64,000 bases of DNA from Syntrophomonadaceae bacterium (GTDB taxonomy: Bacteria > Bacillota > PH28-bin88): the NCBI GenBank assembly GCA_018333865.1, contig JAGXSE010000009.1, positions 75,460 to 139,459 of the forward strand, in the 5' to 3' direction. The translations under genes were made by a program, and so were the position numbers. The notes under the pieces were generated by a model. It worked only from the letters and a program-made list of their open reading frames with translations. It ran no database searches and had not been told where the DNA came from. Shown in pieces: positions 18,033 to 28,424 of this stretch (positions are counted from its first letter, which is position 1; every line of letters begins with the position of its first letter).

Positions 18033-18708
18033 TTAAAGAATTGAGCCTGCCCTGCATCGGGATTCGGACCAGGAAATCACATTTTTCCTTCACCAGCCGG
18101 CTCAAGCCCTTGCCTTCGCCGCCGATGACCAGGGCTAGGGGCCCGGAAAAATCCTCCTCATAGTGGAGCTTGACGGCTTCCATGGTCGCCCCGGCCACCC
18201 AAATACCCTTACCTTTAAGAAAATCAATGGTTTGGGCTATATTGCCCACCCTGGCCACCGGGACATACTCCACTGCCCCGGCAGAAGCCCTGGCAACCGC
18301 GGCAGTCAAAGGGACCCCATGCCGCTTGGGAATAACAACCCCATGGGCTCCGGCCGCATCAGCGCTGCGGAGGATAGCACCCAGGTTATGCGGGTCCTCC
18401 AGGTCATCTAACAGCACAAGCAAGGGAGGACTGGGAGACTGGGCCGCCGCTGCCAGGATTTCGTCAATGTCAACATAGGCCTTCGGAGCAGCCTGAGCAA
18501 TTACACCTTGGTGGCTCTGAGTCTGGGCTATGGCGTCCAGTTTTCTCCGGTCCACCTGTTGGACTGGAACGCCCAGTTCGCGGGCCAGCCGGTATATTTC
18601 CTGCATCCCTCTTTGGTTAATCCCTTCCGCCACCAGGACTTTGTTAATCGGCCGGTTGGCCCTTAAGGCCTCTAAGACTGTGTTTTTCCCTTCCACCAGA
18701 TCATTCAA
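17968..18708 (-). CDS. rlmB: 23S rRNA (guanosine-2'-O)-methyltransferase RlmB (YacO), SpoU family
   Basis: SpoU/TrmH motifs with an N-terminal substrate-binding domain. It overlaps yacP. Confidence 0.8.
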   Translation of the reverse strand: MNDLVEGKNTVLEALRANRPINKVLVAEGINQRGMQEIYRLARELGVPVQQVDRRKLDAIAQTQSHQGVIAQAAPKAYVDIDEILAAAAQSPSPPLLVLLDDLEDPHNLGAILRSADAAGAHGVVIPKRHGVPLTAAVARASAGAVEYVPVARVGNIAQTIDFLKGKGIWVAGATMEAVKLHYEEDFSGPLALVIGGEGKGLSRLVKEKCDFLVRIPMQGRLNSLNAAVSASILLFEAVRQRLPKR

Positions 18709-19139
18709 GTTTGGCTCCGCTCCTGTAATTTATTTTCTATAATATTCATCATCTGCCCCAGCACCGCTTCTAACCGGGGTTCTTCACCCTGCAGGTAAAG
18801 ATAGCCGATCAGGGCCTCCAGACCTGTGCTGTAACGGTATTCAATTATATTGGCGCTCCTCGGACCATGGCCTGATTTGGCGTTTCTCCCACGCCTGATC
18901 ACGTCTTTTTCCGCTTCGGTTAAAAAGGCATCCATCTCTTGCACAAGCATGGCCTGGGTAGTCGCCCTGACATACTCCACGGCCTGCCGGTGCATTTTGG
19001 GCAGGGGCGCCAGGGCTTTTCGCACCAAATGCTTACGCACATAGAGCTCATATACCGCATCACCAATATAGGCCAATATTAAAGGTGGCAGGCTTTGAGG
19101 GGAGACTCCTTCCGGTATGATTTCATCATTTTTTATCAT
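18705..19139 (-). CDS. mrnC: Mini-ribonuclease 3
   Basis: 144 aa RNase III-like protein between cysS and rlmB. Confidence 0.75.
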   Translation of the reverse strand: MIKNDEIIPEGVSPQSLPPLILAYIGDAVYELYVRKHLVRKALAPLPKMHRQAVEYVRATTQAMLVQEMDAFLTEAEKDVIRRGRNAKSGHGPRSANIIEYRYSTGLEALIGYLYLQGEEPRLEAVLGQMMNIIENKLQERSQT

Positions 19140-19171
19140 GCATCTCTCCCAGTCTTTGTCGTCGCTTTGCT

Positions 19172-20626
19172 TTAGCTTTCAGATCTCTTCCAGCGCACGC
19201 CCCGGGGAGTATCCTCTAAAACAATGTCCAGTTCTTTCAACCGGTCCCTGATGGCGTCCGACATTTGCCAGTCTTTCCGCTCTCTGCATTGCTGGCGCAC
19301 ATCTATGATCAGGTCCATCAACCGCTCAACCAATTCCTGGTCCGGCTGGTCTTTTTTCTCTTCCAGGCCCGTCAGGATCCCCAAAACCTGCCCGCCCAGT
19401 TGAATGAACAGGCTTTTGGCTTCAGCCAGGGCCTGGGCTTTGGCCTCAGACAAGACAAAGTGGCTGTCATTGATGCAGCTGTTAGCCTCCCGGCTCAAGT
19501 CAAACAGGGCGGCGATGGCCAAAGCGGTGTTAAAGTCGTCATTCATGGCCTGCTCGAAGGCATCTCTTACCGCCTGCAAAGCCTTTTGCAGTTCGGGGGC
19601 AGACGAGGGGGACGCGGTTTCTGGTACGGGATTTTTTAGTGTTTCTTGAATCAGGTTGACGGTGGCTTTTAACCGGGCCAGAGCTTTTTTGCTCATTTCC
19701 AGTTTTTGATCGTCAAAGTCCAGCGGGCTGCGGTAATGGGTCGATAACAGGTAAAACCTGACCACATCGCCCGGATATTTTACCAAAATATCCCGCAACA
19801 GGAAGAAGTTGCCCAGGGATTTGGACATTTTCTCCTGGTTGACGGTGATAAACCCGTTATGCAGCCAGTACCTGGCAAAGGGCCTGCCGGAAGCTGCCTC
19901 CGACTGGGCGATCTCATTTTCATGGTGCGGGAAGATCAGATCGCTACCGCCCCCGTGGATATCGAATTCCCAACCCAGATATTTTTGGGCCATGGCCGAA
20001 CACTCGATATGCCAACCGGGACGGCCAAGACCCCAGGGGCTTGGCCAGGAAGGTTCGCCTGGCTTGGCGCTCTTCCACAGAGCAAAATCCATGGGGTCCT
20101 GTTTGCGCAAGTCTACTTCCACCCTGGCGCCGGCCTGCAACTCATCCAAAGACCGGCCGGACAGCTTGCCATAGGGTGTAAAGGATCTGACAGCAAAATA
20201 GACGTCCTGATCTGCCTGATAGGCATGCCCACTATTAATCAGCCTCTGGACCAGCTCAATTATTTCCGGTATGTGCCGACTCACCTGGGGGTGGGCGTCT
20301 GCGCGCCTGACACCTAATTGATCGGCATCTTTATAATACTCCAGAATATATTTCTCCGCCAGGGCCATGGGATCCATTCCTTCTTCCCTGGCCCGGTTGA
20401 TAATTTTATCATCTACGTCGGTAAAGTTTTGAATGTAGGCAACCTGGTACCCCGCATACTCCAGGTACCGGCGGATGGTGTCAAAAATCACTAGTGGCCG
20501 GGCATTGCCCAGATGGATGTAGTTATAGGTAGTTGGGCCGCAAACATACATGCCAGCTTTGCCTTCCTGCACTGTTGTAAATTTTTCTTTTTTGTTAGTC
20601 AAGGTATTAAACGCTTGAATTGCCAT
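19172..20626 (-). CDS. cysS: Cysteine--tRNA ligase
   Basis: HIGNARP and KMSKSLGN class I motifs, 484 aa. Confidence 0.9.
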   Translation of the reverse strand: MAIQAFNTLTNKKEKFTTVQEGKAGMYVCGPTTYNYIHLGNARPLVIFDTIRRYLEYAGYQVAYIQNFTDVDDKIINRAREEGMDPMALAEKYILEYYKDADQLGVRRADAHPQVSRHIPEIIELVQRLINSGHAYQADQDVYFAVRSFTPYGKLSGRSLDELQAGARVEVDLRKQDPMDFALWKSAKPGEPSWPSPWGLGRPGWHIECSAMAQKYLGWEFDIHGGGSDLIFPHHENEIAQSEAASGRPFARYWLHNGFITVNQEKMSKSLGNFFLLRDILVKYPGDVVRFYLLSTHYRSPLDFDDQKLEMSKKALARLKATVNLIQETLKNPVPETASPSSAPELQKALQAVRDAFEQAMNDDFNTALAIAALFDLSREANSCINDSHFVLSEAKAQALAEAKSLFIQLGGQVLGILTGLEEKKDQPDQELVERLMDLIIDVRQQCRERKDWQMSDAIRDRLKELDIVLEDTPRGVRWKRSES

Positions 20627-21281
20627 GCTTTACCTCCAATTCCGCAATGCGCTTTTCCATCTGTTCAATCTTTTTTTGCAGGCAAAGGATCATCTCCGAT
20701 ACCGGGTCTGGTAGCTGGTTGTGCTGCAGATCGATAGTTTGCAGGTAAAGTTCCGATACCTGGCGCCCGTTTTGTTTAACTACCCTGCCCGGCACCCCTA
20801 CTACCGTACTGTTAGGAGGAACGTCCTTTAAAACAACGGAGCCGGCCCCTATTTTAACATTATCCCCTACTGCAATGGATCCCAATACCTTGGCGCCGGC
20901 GCTGATCACCACATTATCCCCGATTGTGGGATGGCGTTTTCCTTTCTCCTTGCCTGTTCCGCCTAAGGTTACTCCCTGATACAGGGTCACATCATTTCCT
21001 ATCTCCGAGGTCTCCCCAATAACTACCCCCATGCCGTGATCGATAAACAAGCCCTCACCGATTTTAGCTCCGGGGTGGATTTCGATGCCGGTCAGCCAGC
21101 GGGAAAACTGGGAAATAAACCTGGCCGGCAAAAACCATCTCTTAGCGTATAGGCGATGGGCCAGACGGTGCATTAAAATGGCATGAAAGCCTGGATAACA
21201 AACGATAATCTCCAAGACGCTCCTGGCCGCCGGGTCTCTGTCGAAGACAACCTGAATATCTTTTTTTATTCGCTGCCACAT
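20607..21281 (-). CDS. cysE: Serine O-acetyltransferase
   Basis: Hexapeptide-repeat left-handed beta-helix. I chose the start at MWQRIKKD, with RBS GGAGGG 8 nt upstream. The longer track ORF covers the leader. Confidence 0.85.
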   Translation of the reverse strand: MWQRIKKDIQVVFDRDPAARSVLEIIVCYPGFHAILMHRLAHRLYAKRWFLPARFISQFSRWLTGIEIHPGAKIGEGLFIDHGMGVVIGETSEIGNDVTLYQGVTLGGTGKEKGKRHPTIGDNVVISAGAKVLGSIAVGDNVKIGAGSVVLKDVPPNSTVVGVPGRVVKQNGRQVSELYLQTIDLQHNQLPDPVSEMILCLQKKIEQMEKRIAELEVKHGNSSV

Positions 21282-21289
21282 TTTTTTAC

Positions 21290-21570
21290 CCTCCGAATCA
21301 GCTGAAAAATAAAAACCCCTTCGCACTGCACTTAATGTACAGAGGCGAAAGGATTCGCGGTTCCACTCTGTTTGGGCAACACCAGCCCATCTCAGCAAAC
21401 TGTCCTTCAAAAACAGTTTCAGCTGTAACGGTGCCACCGTCAGGGGCCTACTGAACTTCGGCCCCACCCCTCCCGGGTGCACTTGGGTACAGTCTTTACC
21501 TGGTACCGCTTGCAGCCGGTGGCGGTACCTCTCTGCCGGAAGCCTGTACTTACTCTTCCCGATCCTTGGG
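21290..21570 (-). promoter_or_regulatory. T-box leader (Cys specifier) of the cysE-cysS operon
   Basis: The transcript carries the T-box sequence CAGAGUGGAACCGCGAAUCC, a terminator GUGCAGUGCGAAGGGGUUUUUAUUUUU, and a UGC in the candidate specifier region (CCGGCUGCAAGCGG). Confidence 0.55.
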
Positions 21571-21688
21571 TTTAGGTTATGATTATCCTTACCAGCAATT
21601 ATAAATTGGAGGTTTGGGCCATGTCAATAGACTGTGGCATTCTTTTTACGGCACAAAAAGTGTCCCGTTCACATTCTACACGCATTTA

Positions 21689-21717
21689 TTGCAGTCTTTT
21701 CAGAATCATGGTATAAT
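21689..21717 (+). promoter_or_regulatory. Sigma-A-type promoter for pabAB (TTGCAG-17-TATAAT)
   Basis: Hexamers at 21689-21694 and 21712-21717. Confidence 0.4.
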
Positions 21718-21769
21718 TGCGCCGGAATCGAGAAAATTTTCTTTGCATGGTGAAAAAGGCGGCAGTAAC

Positions 21770-22396
21770 ATGATTTTAATGATCGACAATTACGATTCCT
21801 TCACCTACAACCTGGTGCAGTACCTTACTGAAATGGCAGAATCGGTGCATACCTATCGCAACGATGATTTAAGCCTCAGTGACATTTACAAACTGTCGCC
21901 CAAAATGCTGGTTATTTCCCCCGGGCCCTGTACTCCCAACGAGGCCGGGATAACTTTAGCGGTGATCCGGGAATTTTGCGGCAAAATCCCCCTGCTGGGT
22001 GTCTGCCTTGGGCACCAGGCCATCGGGCAAATCTTCGGGGCAAAGGTGATCCGCGCCCAAAAACCGGTCCATGGTAAAACTTCTCTCATCACCCACGATG
22101 GAAAGACTATCTTTAACGGGTTGAAGAACCCCCTTTCAGTCTGCCGCTACCACTCCTTGATTATTGATCCGGCAACGATCCCCTCTTGCCTGGAGGTAAG
22201 CGCATGGACGGCAGACGGGGAAATCATGGGTATCAGGCACAGACACCATCTGGTAGAGGGTGTGCAATTCCATCCTGAAGCTATCCTCACTGAGGGTGGC
22301 AAACAGCTGTTGCAAAACTTTCTGCTGCTTGCCAAGGCAGTGCATGCAAAAAAACCGGGGGAGAACCATGAACAAGGCCAACAAACCTATCATTGA
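21770..22396 (+). CDS. pabA: Aminodeoxychorismate/anthranilate synthase glutamine amidotransferase component
   Basis: Class I GATase (…GVCLGHQ…). I set the start at [11 protein letters not shown]. The longer track ORF extends over the promoter. Confidence 0.8.
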   Translation: MILMIDNYDSFTYNLVQYLTEMAESVHTYRNDDLSLSDIYKLSPKMLVISPGPCTPNEAGITLAVIREFCGKIPLLGVCLGHQAIGQIFGAKVIRAQKPVHGKTSLITHDGKTIFNGLKNPLSVCRYHSLIIDPATIPSCLEVSAWTADGEIMGIRHRHHLVEGVQFHPEAILTEGGKQLLQNFLLLAKAVHAKKPGENHEQGQQTYH

Positions 22397-23783
22397 ACCT
22401 ATAACAACCACGCTGAACGCATTTGAAATCTTCTTGCTTTTTAAGGACAAGCCCTACTGCTTCTTTTTGGATAGCGCTTTACCCCAAGCAAAGCTAGGCC
22501 GGTACTCCTTTATCGGCGCAGATCCCTTTCTTATTTTTCAAAGCAAAAATCTTGATGTTCAGATTATTGAAGGAAAAGGTCGCGCGGATTTAACCGGAAA
22601 GCCGCTGGACCTGCTCCGGGAGTACCTTCAGCGCTACCAGGTGATTAACCCCGCCTCTTTGCCCTTTGTGGGCGGAGCAGTGGGGTATTTCGGTTATGAC
22701 CTGAACCGGCAGATTGAGCGCCTGCCCTCTGTCAGCCGTGACGACACGGGCATTCCCGACTGCTGTTTGGGTTTTTACGACTGGGTTATCGTTTGCGATC
22801 ACCTGGAAAATAGAGTCTACGCTGCGACTACAGGACTGCCGGAAACCGATGCCATCAAGGCCCAAAAACAAGCTGTCGCAAAAATTAAGGAGCTAAAACG
22901 CATCGTTGCAGGCGGCAGCAAGGATGTGACTCTGCCGGCTCTGCCCATAGGCGAAACCATGCTTAAGTCTAATTTCTCTATAGAAGGCTATTGCCAGGCT
23001 ATCCAGCGGGCGATCGACTACATCTATGCCGGGGACATCTACCAGGTTAACCTCTCCCAGCGGTTTACCGGCGAATTCCCAGGAGATCCTGCCGGTTTGT
23101 ACCGGCGTTTGCGCAGCATCAACCCGGCGCCTTTTGCCGCTTATCTAAACTTTGACGAGGTGGCGGTAATCAGCAGTTCCCCGGAAAGGTTCGTCAAGGT
23201 AACTAGCGATTTAATTGAGACAAGGCCCATTAAGGGAACGCGGCCTCGCGGCAAGACCCCGGAAGAGGACCGGGCTTTGCAGGAAGAACTGCTTAATAGC
23301 GTGAAGGACCGGGCCGAGCTGGTGATGATTGTCGATTTGGAACGAAACGACTTGGGCCGGGTCTGCAAACCAGGAAGTGTGGAGGTAACGGAGCTGTTTA
23401 CTCTGGAGAGCTATGCGACCGTACACCACCTTGTGGCAACGGTTGTGGGCCGGCTGGCAAAAGACAAGGACTTGATCGACCTGTTAAAAGCCTCCTTCCC
23501 CGGCGGATCGATCACCGGGGCGCCGAAGATCCGTTCCATGGAGATCATTGAGGAACTGGAACCCACGAGAAGGAACATTTATACCGGATCCATCGGCTAC
23601 CTAGGGTTTGATGGCAATATGGACCTGAACATCGCCATCCGGACAATGGTCATTAAGGATAGGCAGGTTTATTTTCAGGCCGGCGGCGCCATTGTCGCCG
23701 ATTCCGTTCCCGAAGATGAGTACCAGGAGACCCTGGATAAGGCGCGGGCAATGATTAAGGCCTTAAACGGAAGGTTCGCTTAA
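22368..23783 (+). CDS. pabB: Aminodeoxychorismate synthase component I
   Basis: Chorismate-binding enzyme family. The start MNKANKP follows the RBS GGGGGAG and overlaps the end of pabA. Confidence 0.8.
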   Translation: MNKANKPIIEPITTTLNAFEIFLLFKDKPYCFFLDSALPQAKLGRYSFIGADPFLIFQSKNLDVQIIEGKGRADLTGKPLDLLREYLQRYQVINPASLPFVGGAVGYFGYDLNRQIERLPSVSRDDTGIPDCCLGFYDWVIVCDHLENRVYAATTGLPETDAIKAQKQAVAKIKELKRIVAGGSKDVTLPALPIGETMLKSNFSIEGYCQAIQRAIDYIYAGDIYQVNLSQRFTGEFPGDPAGLYRRLRSINPAPFAAYLNFDEVAVISSSPERFVKVTSDLIETRPIKGTRPRGKTPEEDRALQEELLNSVKDRAELVMIVDLERNDLGRVCKPGSVEVTELFTLESYATVHHLVATVVGRLAKDKDLIDLLKASFPGGSITGAPKIRSMEIIEELEPTRRNIYTGSIGYLGFDGNMDLNIAIRTMVIKDRQVYFQAGGAIVADSVPEDEYQETLDKARAMIKALNGRFA

Positions 23784-23810
23784 CTATTTGCATGGGGAAG
23801 GTGTGAGCCA

Positions 23811-24356
23811 ATGGCCCGGATTTTTTTTGCGATAGTTATGCCTGAAGAGATCAAGGATAAGCTGGAACTGCTGCAAGGCCGACTTGTGGTTGAGCCGGGG
23901 GCAGTCAAATGGGTTGAGAAACAAAACCTGCACCTGACACTGCAGTTTATCGGCGAGACGCCGGATGGTCAGATCCAGAAATTTCTGGATGATGCTGCCA
24001 GCGTTGCGGAAACAGCAGCCCGATTTACGATAAAAATAAGAGGTTTCGGCTCTTTCCCCAGCACATTCCGCCCGCGCGTGCTCTGGGCAGGGGTTGATGA
24101 GGGCAAAGAAAAGGTCCAGCAGCTTGCAGCCGGACTTTCAGAGAGAACAGGCATCCAACCTGAAAAGCCGTTTTCTCCCCATGTAACCCTGGGCAGGGTG
24201 CACCAGGGCCGCACTGTCCGCATCAGCAATGCCATGTTAAGCGAGCGGGACTTTTACGCCGGTGCTGTATCCGTGGAGGGCTTTGTCTGCATGGAAAGCA
24301 CATTAACACCCAAAGGCCCTGTCTATCGAGAAATAGCCAGACTCAATCTAAAGTAA
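23811..24356 (+). CDS. thpR: RNA 2',3'-cyclic phosphodiesterase (2H/LigT family)
   Basis: Two H-x-T-x motifs (HLTL, HVTL). Confidence 0.7.
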   Translation: MARIFFAIVMPEEIKDKLELLQGRLVVEPGAVKWVEKQNLHLTLQFIGETPDGQIQKFLDDAASVAETAARFTIKIRGFGSFPSTFRPRVLWAGVDEGKEKVQQLAAGLSERTGIQPEKPFSPHVTLGRVHQGRTVRISNAMLSERDFYAGAVSVEGFVCMESTLTPKGPVYREIARLNLK

Positions 24357-24409
24357 ATAATATTGACCTGACCCTTTAAAACAGGAAAATAATTCGACAT
24401 ATATAGCGA

Positions 24410-24460
24410 TGTATAAGTTGACAAATTTAAATGCCTCGCGCATACTATTAGATTAGAGAC
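24410..24460 (+). promoter_or_regulatory. Putative promoter of the phd/relE-type TA operon (TTGACA … TACTAT)
   Basis: AT-rich intergenic region with a TTGACA motif upstream. Confidence 0.3.
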
Positions 24461-24491
24461 ACTATTCTCAGTTAAGCGAGGTGAGTATACT

Positions 24492-24824
24492 ATGCTGAAA
24501 AACAACCCGTCCGTAAAAGCCGTCATGGATGCCATAGTCCCCATTACTCGTTTCAACCGAGGGGAAGCAAGCAAGATTTTTGACGAGGTCAATGCCAGAG
24601 GGGTAAAGATCGTTTTAAAAAACAATGTGCCGGCTTGCGTTCTGGTCCAGCCTGAGCGATATGAAGAAATGGTCGAGGCGCTGAATGATTACGCGCTCTT
24701 CTTTGAAGCCGAACGCCGCACAAAGGCATCGGGTTCTGATCAAACAATTCCGTCCGAAACCGTCTTGAAGCATCTTGGCATTAGCAAGGAGGATCTGCAA
24801 GATATCGAGGTGGAGATTGAATGA
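24492..24824 (+). CDS. Phd/YefM-family antitoxin
   Basis: 110 aa, …NVPACVLVQPERYEEM…. It overlaps the downstream toxin gene by 4 nt. Confidence 0.7.
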   Translation: MLKNNPSVKAVMDAIVPITRFNRGEASKIFDEVNARGVKIVLKNNVPACVLVQPERYEEMVEALNDYALFFEAERRTKASGSDQTIPSETVLKHLGISKEDLQDIEVEIE

Positions 24825-25141
24825 GCGCGTGGCGGATTGAGTACATCCGGGCAGCAGAAAAAGATTTGCTTTCGCTTGACCGTTCGCAGCAATTGCAGGT
24901 GCTCAAGGCAATAGAAAAAGTTTCAGCAAATCCTTTGCCCATAAACGAAGGAGGGCTTGGCAAACCATTGGGGAGTCTTAGCGGGAACAACCTGACAGGC
25001 TATCTAAAAATCAAGCTGCTGAAGCTCGGCCTTCGAGTGGTGTATCAAGTGATTCGCAAAGGATCAGTTATGAAAATTATCGTCATCTCTGTCCGTGACG
25101 ATGAAAGCGTGTATAAACTAGCAAAAAATCGTACGAAATAG
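24821..25141 (+). CDS. RelE/ParE-family toxin
   Basis: 106 aa with …GKPLGSLSGNNLTGYLKIKLLKLGLRVVYQV…. Confidence 0.7.
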   Translation: MSAWRIEYIRAAEKDLLSLDRSQQLQVLKAIEKVSANPLPINEGGLGKPLGSLSGNNLTGYLKIKLLKLGLRVVYQVIRKGSVMKIIVISVRDDESVYKLAKNRTK

Positions 25142-25234
25142 CGGCCTTGCGCAATGTGCCAATATAAAACTAAGTAGTAGTGTGTTGAAACTGCTTCGCA
25201 GTTTCTTCTGATTTATAGGCCTGGTAATCTGTGG

Positions 25235-25297
25235 TTGACATGGTAAATATGGAAATATATAATTATTGTCAACTGATTTTTATATAATAGTTAACAA
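25235..25297 (+). promoter_or_regulatory. bio operon promoter (TTGACA-17-TATAAT) with an overlapping BirA-type operator (TTGTCAAC-N16-GTTAACAA)
   Basis: -35 at 25235-25240. -10 at 25258-25263. Inverted repeat at 25266-25297. Confidence 0.5.
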
Positions 25298-25312
25298 AGG
25301 GGGCTGATTTGA

Positions 25313-26044
25313 TTGTCTTATCGGGGTTATTTTATCACCGGCACTGATACTGGTGTCGGAAAAACAGTTGTCACTGCCGGTTTGCTGGGAGCCTTGCGCA
25401 ACAAAAACATTGACGCCATCGCCATCAAACCAATGCAAAGCGGGGGAATATTGGATGCAGCCTTTTATTGTGCGACAACACCGCTGCCCTATCAGCCCGA
25501 GGAGCTGAGCGCCATCTGTCTGGAACTGCCCCTGGCTCCGGCAGTAGCCGCAGCAGAAGCCGGAATCGACATCGACCTGGCGAAAGTAATGGACCACTTT
25601 CATCAACTGGCCGGCAAACATGAGATGGTTTTAGCGGAGGGAGCCGGCGGGCTGCTGGTTCCTCTGACAGGGACCCATTATACGGTGGCAGACCTAGCTA
25701 AAGACATCGGCCTGCCTTTGCTGATTGTGGCCAGGCCCACTTTGGGTACGATTAATCATACCTGCCTGTCGGTAGCCTATGCCAGAGCCAGAGGCCTGGA
25801 GGTCGCCGGAATCATCATCAGCGGTTATCCCCACGAAAATCCGGGCTTAGCAGAGCGCACCAACCCGCAAATTATTGCCGAGATGGCAGAGGTGCCGGTC
25901 TTGGGCCTACTCCCTAATGTACAGGGCTTAATTAGCGAAGGAGAAGCACTAAATCCAGGCGCACTTGTTTCAGAAATCGAAAAACATGTAGATCTCGATG
26001 CATTGCTGTCAAAGGCAGATTTTCCCAGGACAAAGCAGGTGTAA
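25313..26044 (+). CDS. bioD: Dethiobiotin synthetase (TTG start)
   Basis: [10 protein letters not shown]-loop. Confidence 0.85.
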   Translation: MSYRGYFITGTDTGVGKTVVTAGLLGALRNKNIDAIAIKPMQSGGILDAAFYCATTPLPYQPEELSAICLELPLAPAVAAAEAGIDIDLAKVMDHFHQLAGKHEMVLAEGAGGLLVPLTGTHYTVADLAKDIGLPLLIVARPTLGTINHTCLSVAYARARGLEVAGIIISGYPHENPGLAERTNPQIIAEMAEVPVLGLLPNVQGLISEGEALNPGALVSEIEKHVDLDALLSKADFPRTKQV

Positions 26045-26045
26045 A

Positions 26046-27421
26046 ATGACTGTTGATTACCAGCTTTTGGCTCAATGGGATAAAGATTTTGTTTGGCATC
26101 CTTTTACCCAGATGCAAGTCTGGAACAATACCGAACCGGTTATTATCGAGCGGGGAGAGGGCCCCTATCTCGTTGATACTTCAGACAGAAGATACCTTGA
26201 CGGCGTATCTTCCCTCTGGGTTAATACCCATGGACACAGGCATCCTTTTTTAAATGCGGCAATTATCGAGCAGATGGACAAAATTGCTCATTCTACCTTA
26301 CTTGGCCTGGCCAATGTGCCCTCTATCCTTTTAGCAAAGAAACTGGTAGAAATCACTCCACCCCCGGGTTAACCAAAGTTTTCTACTCCGATGCCGGTGC
26401 TACCGCAGTGGAAATAGCCTTAAAAATGGCGTTCCAATACTGGCAGCAACAAGACAATCCTGCCCTGCGGCGCAAAAAGAAGTTTTTATCACTGGGAGAT
26501 GCCTACCATGGCGATACGATCGGGGCTGTGAGCGTAAGCGGGATGGATTTATTTAACGGCCTCTTCCGCGATTTGCTTTTTACAGGCTACCGGGCCCCTT
26601 CCCCCTATTGCTACCGCTGTCCTCTAAACCTTAAACAAGACAGGTGTGGTCTGGCTTGTGCGAATGCTGTAGAGGAAATAATGGCAGAACACCATGAAGA
26701 AATTGCCGCCATGGTTATCGAGCCTTTGGTCCAAGGCGCAGCCGGGATGATTACCGCGCCTCCAGGATATCTGCGCCGCATCCGGGAATTATGCACTAAA
26801 TATAATATCCTGCTGATCGCCGATGAGGTTGCCGTCGGCTTTGGCCGAACGGGCACAATGTTTGCCTGTGAGCAAGAAGAAGTCTGCCCGGACTTGATGT
26901 GTCTAGCCAAAGGATTGACCGGCGGCTATCTGCCCCTGGCAGCCACTTTAGCCACTGACCGGATTTATGAAGCCTTTCTGGGCGAGCATAAGGCATTGAA
27001 AACTTTTTTTCATGGCCACACCTATACGGGGAATCCCCTGGGATGTGTTGCCGCTTTAGCCAATCTGGATTTATTTGCAAAAAATAACCTCTTGCAGCAT
27101 GTCCAGGAGCTGGCCAGGGTTATGGCCAATGGACTGGAAAGGTTTCATGAGCTAGCCCATGTGGGAGACATCAGGCAGAGGGGACTGATGGTGGGGATTG
27201 AACTGGTACATGATAAAGAAACAAAATCACCCTACCCTTGGGAAGAAAATATTGGTCATCAGGTGATTTTAGCTGCCCGGAAACAGGGTTTGATTATCCG
27301 CCCTTTGGGCCCGGTGATTGTGCTGATGCCGGTTTTAAGTATTTCTGGGCCGCAACTGTTGGAAATCCTGGATATTACTTATCAATCAATTAAAATAGTA
27401 ACAGAATCGGGAGGGAAATAA
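26046..27421 (+). pseudogene. bioA: Adenosylmethionine-8-amino-7-oxononanoate aminotransferase, frameshifted in a C5 run near 26362-26366 (possible sequencing artefact)
   Basis: N-part …[11 protein letters not shown] and C-part (…)[21 protein letters not shown]… are contiguous BioA sequence in two frames. One extra C restores the frame. Confidence 0.6.
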
Positions 27422-27423
27422 GG

Positions 27424-28398
27424 ATGTCCAACCATTTGATCGACTGTTTGGAAAACAAGGTTCTCTCCGGTGAAGACATTACAATCGATGAAGCAAAAGA
27501 GCTGGCCCAACTGGAGGGACTTGATCTCTACCAGCTCTTTGCAGCCGCCGCCCGGATTCGAGATGTGCGGGCAGGGAAAAATGTTGACCTCTGTTCCATC
27601 ATCAACGCCATATCAGGTAATTGCACCGAGGATTGCAAATACTGTGCCCAATCTGGCCACTACCAGGCCCAGGTGGAAATTTACGGACTGTTGGACGAAG
27701 AAACAATTTTGGCGCGGGCGCGGCAGATGGAAGCGGCAGGGGCAGCGCGTTTTTCTCTGGTCACCAGCGGCCGGGATATTGCCGAGGAAGATTTTAGTAA
27801 AGTATTGGCTATCTACCGGCGGTTGGCTCTGGAAACAAACCTGAAACTCTGTGCTTCATTGGGGATTATCACCCAGGAGATGGCTGAAGAACTGGTTAAA
27901 GTAGGGGTGATCATGTATCACCATAATTTAGAAACAGCCGCCAGCTACTTCCCCCAGATTTGCACTACCCATACCTATGAGGAACGTGTTGCCACGATCA
28001 AGGCGGCCCAAAGAGCAGGCATGGAAGTTTGCAGCGGCGGAATCATCTCCATGGGAGAATCTATGGAACAGAGATTTGAGCTGGCCTTTGCCTTGAAAGA
28101 GCTAGGCATCAACTCCGTACCTATTAATATCCTGCATCCGATCAAAGGAACTGCCTTAGAGGGCCAGCCGCTTTTGCCGCCGCTAGAAATCTTAAAAACC
28201 ATTGCCATCTTCAGGTTTATTTTACCGGAGGCCAAACTGCGCTTCGCCGGCGGCAGGGAAAATGCCCTGGGAGACCTGCTGGCCTTAGGCTATATGGCAG
28301 GAATTAACGCTTCCTTGGTGGGCAGTTATTTGACCACTTCCGGCAGGTCTGTAGCTGCAGATATTAAGTTGATCAAAGATTTAGGGTTAGTTGTTTAA
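27424..28398 (+). CDS. bioB: Biotin synthase
   Basis: Radical SAM motif CTEDCKYC plus the second cluster. Confidence 0.9.
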   Translation: MSNHLIDCLENKVLSGEDITIDEAKELAQLEGLDLYQLFAAAARIRDVRAGKNVDLCSIINAISGNCTEDCKYCAQSGHYQAQVEIYGLLDEETILARARQMEAAGAARFSLVTSGRDIAEEDFSKVLAIYRRLALETNLKLCASLGIITQEMAEELVKVGVIMYHHNLETAASYFPQICTTHTYEERVATIKAAQRAGMEVCSGGIISMGESMEQRFELAFALKELGINSVPINILHPIKGTALEGQPLLPPLEILKTIAIFRFILPEAKLRFAGGRENALGDLLALGYMAGINASLVGSYLTTSGRSVAADIKLIKDLGLVV

Positions 28399-28424
28399 AT
28401 ATCTGGCAGCGGTGAGGTGGAGCT

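Noticed and set aside
19265-20317. Four plus-strand ORFs (124-152 aa) inside cysS
   Set aside because: They are antisense to a well-conserved aminoacyl-tRNA ligase gene. GC-rich antisense frames are commonly open.
21282-21482. N-terminal 67-codon extension of the cysE ORF
   Set aside because: It covers the T-box leader, including the terminator. The conserved CysE sequence and a good RBS begin at 21281.
21614-21769. N-terminal extension of the pabA ORF
   Set aside because: It contains the -35/-10 promoter. The amidotransferase domain starts at MILMIDNY.
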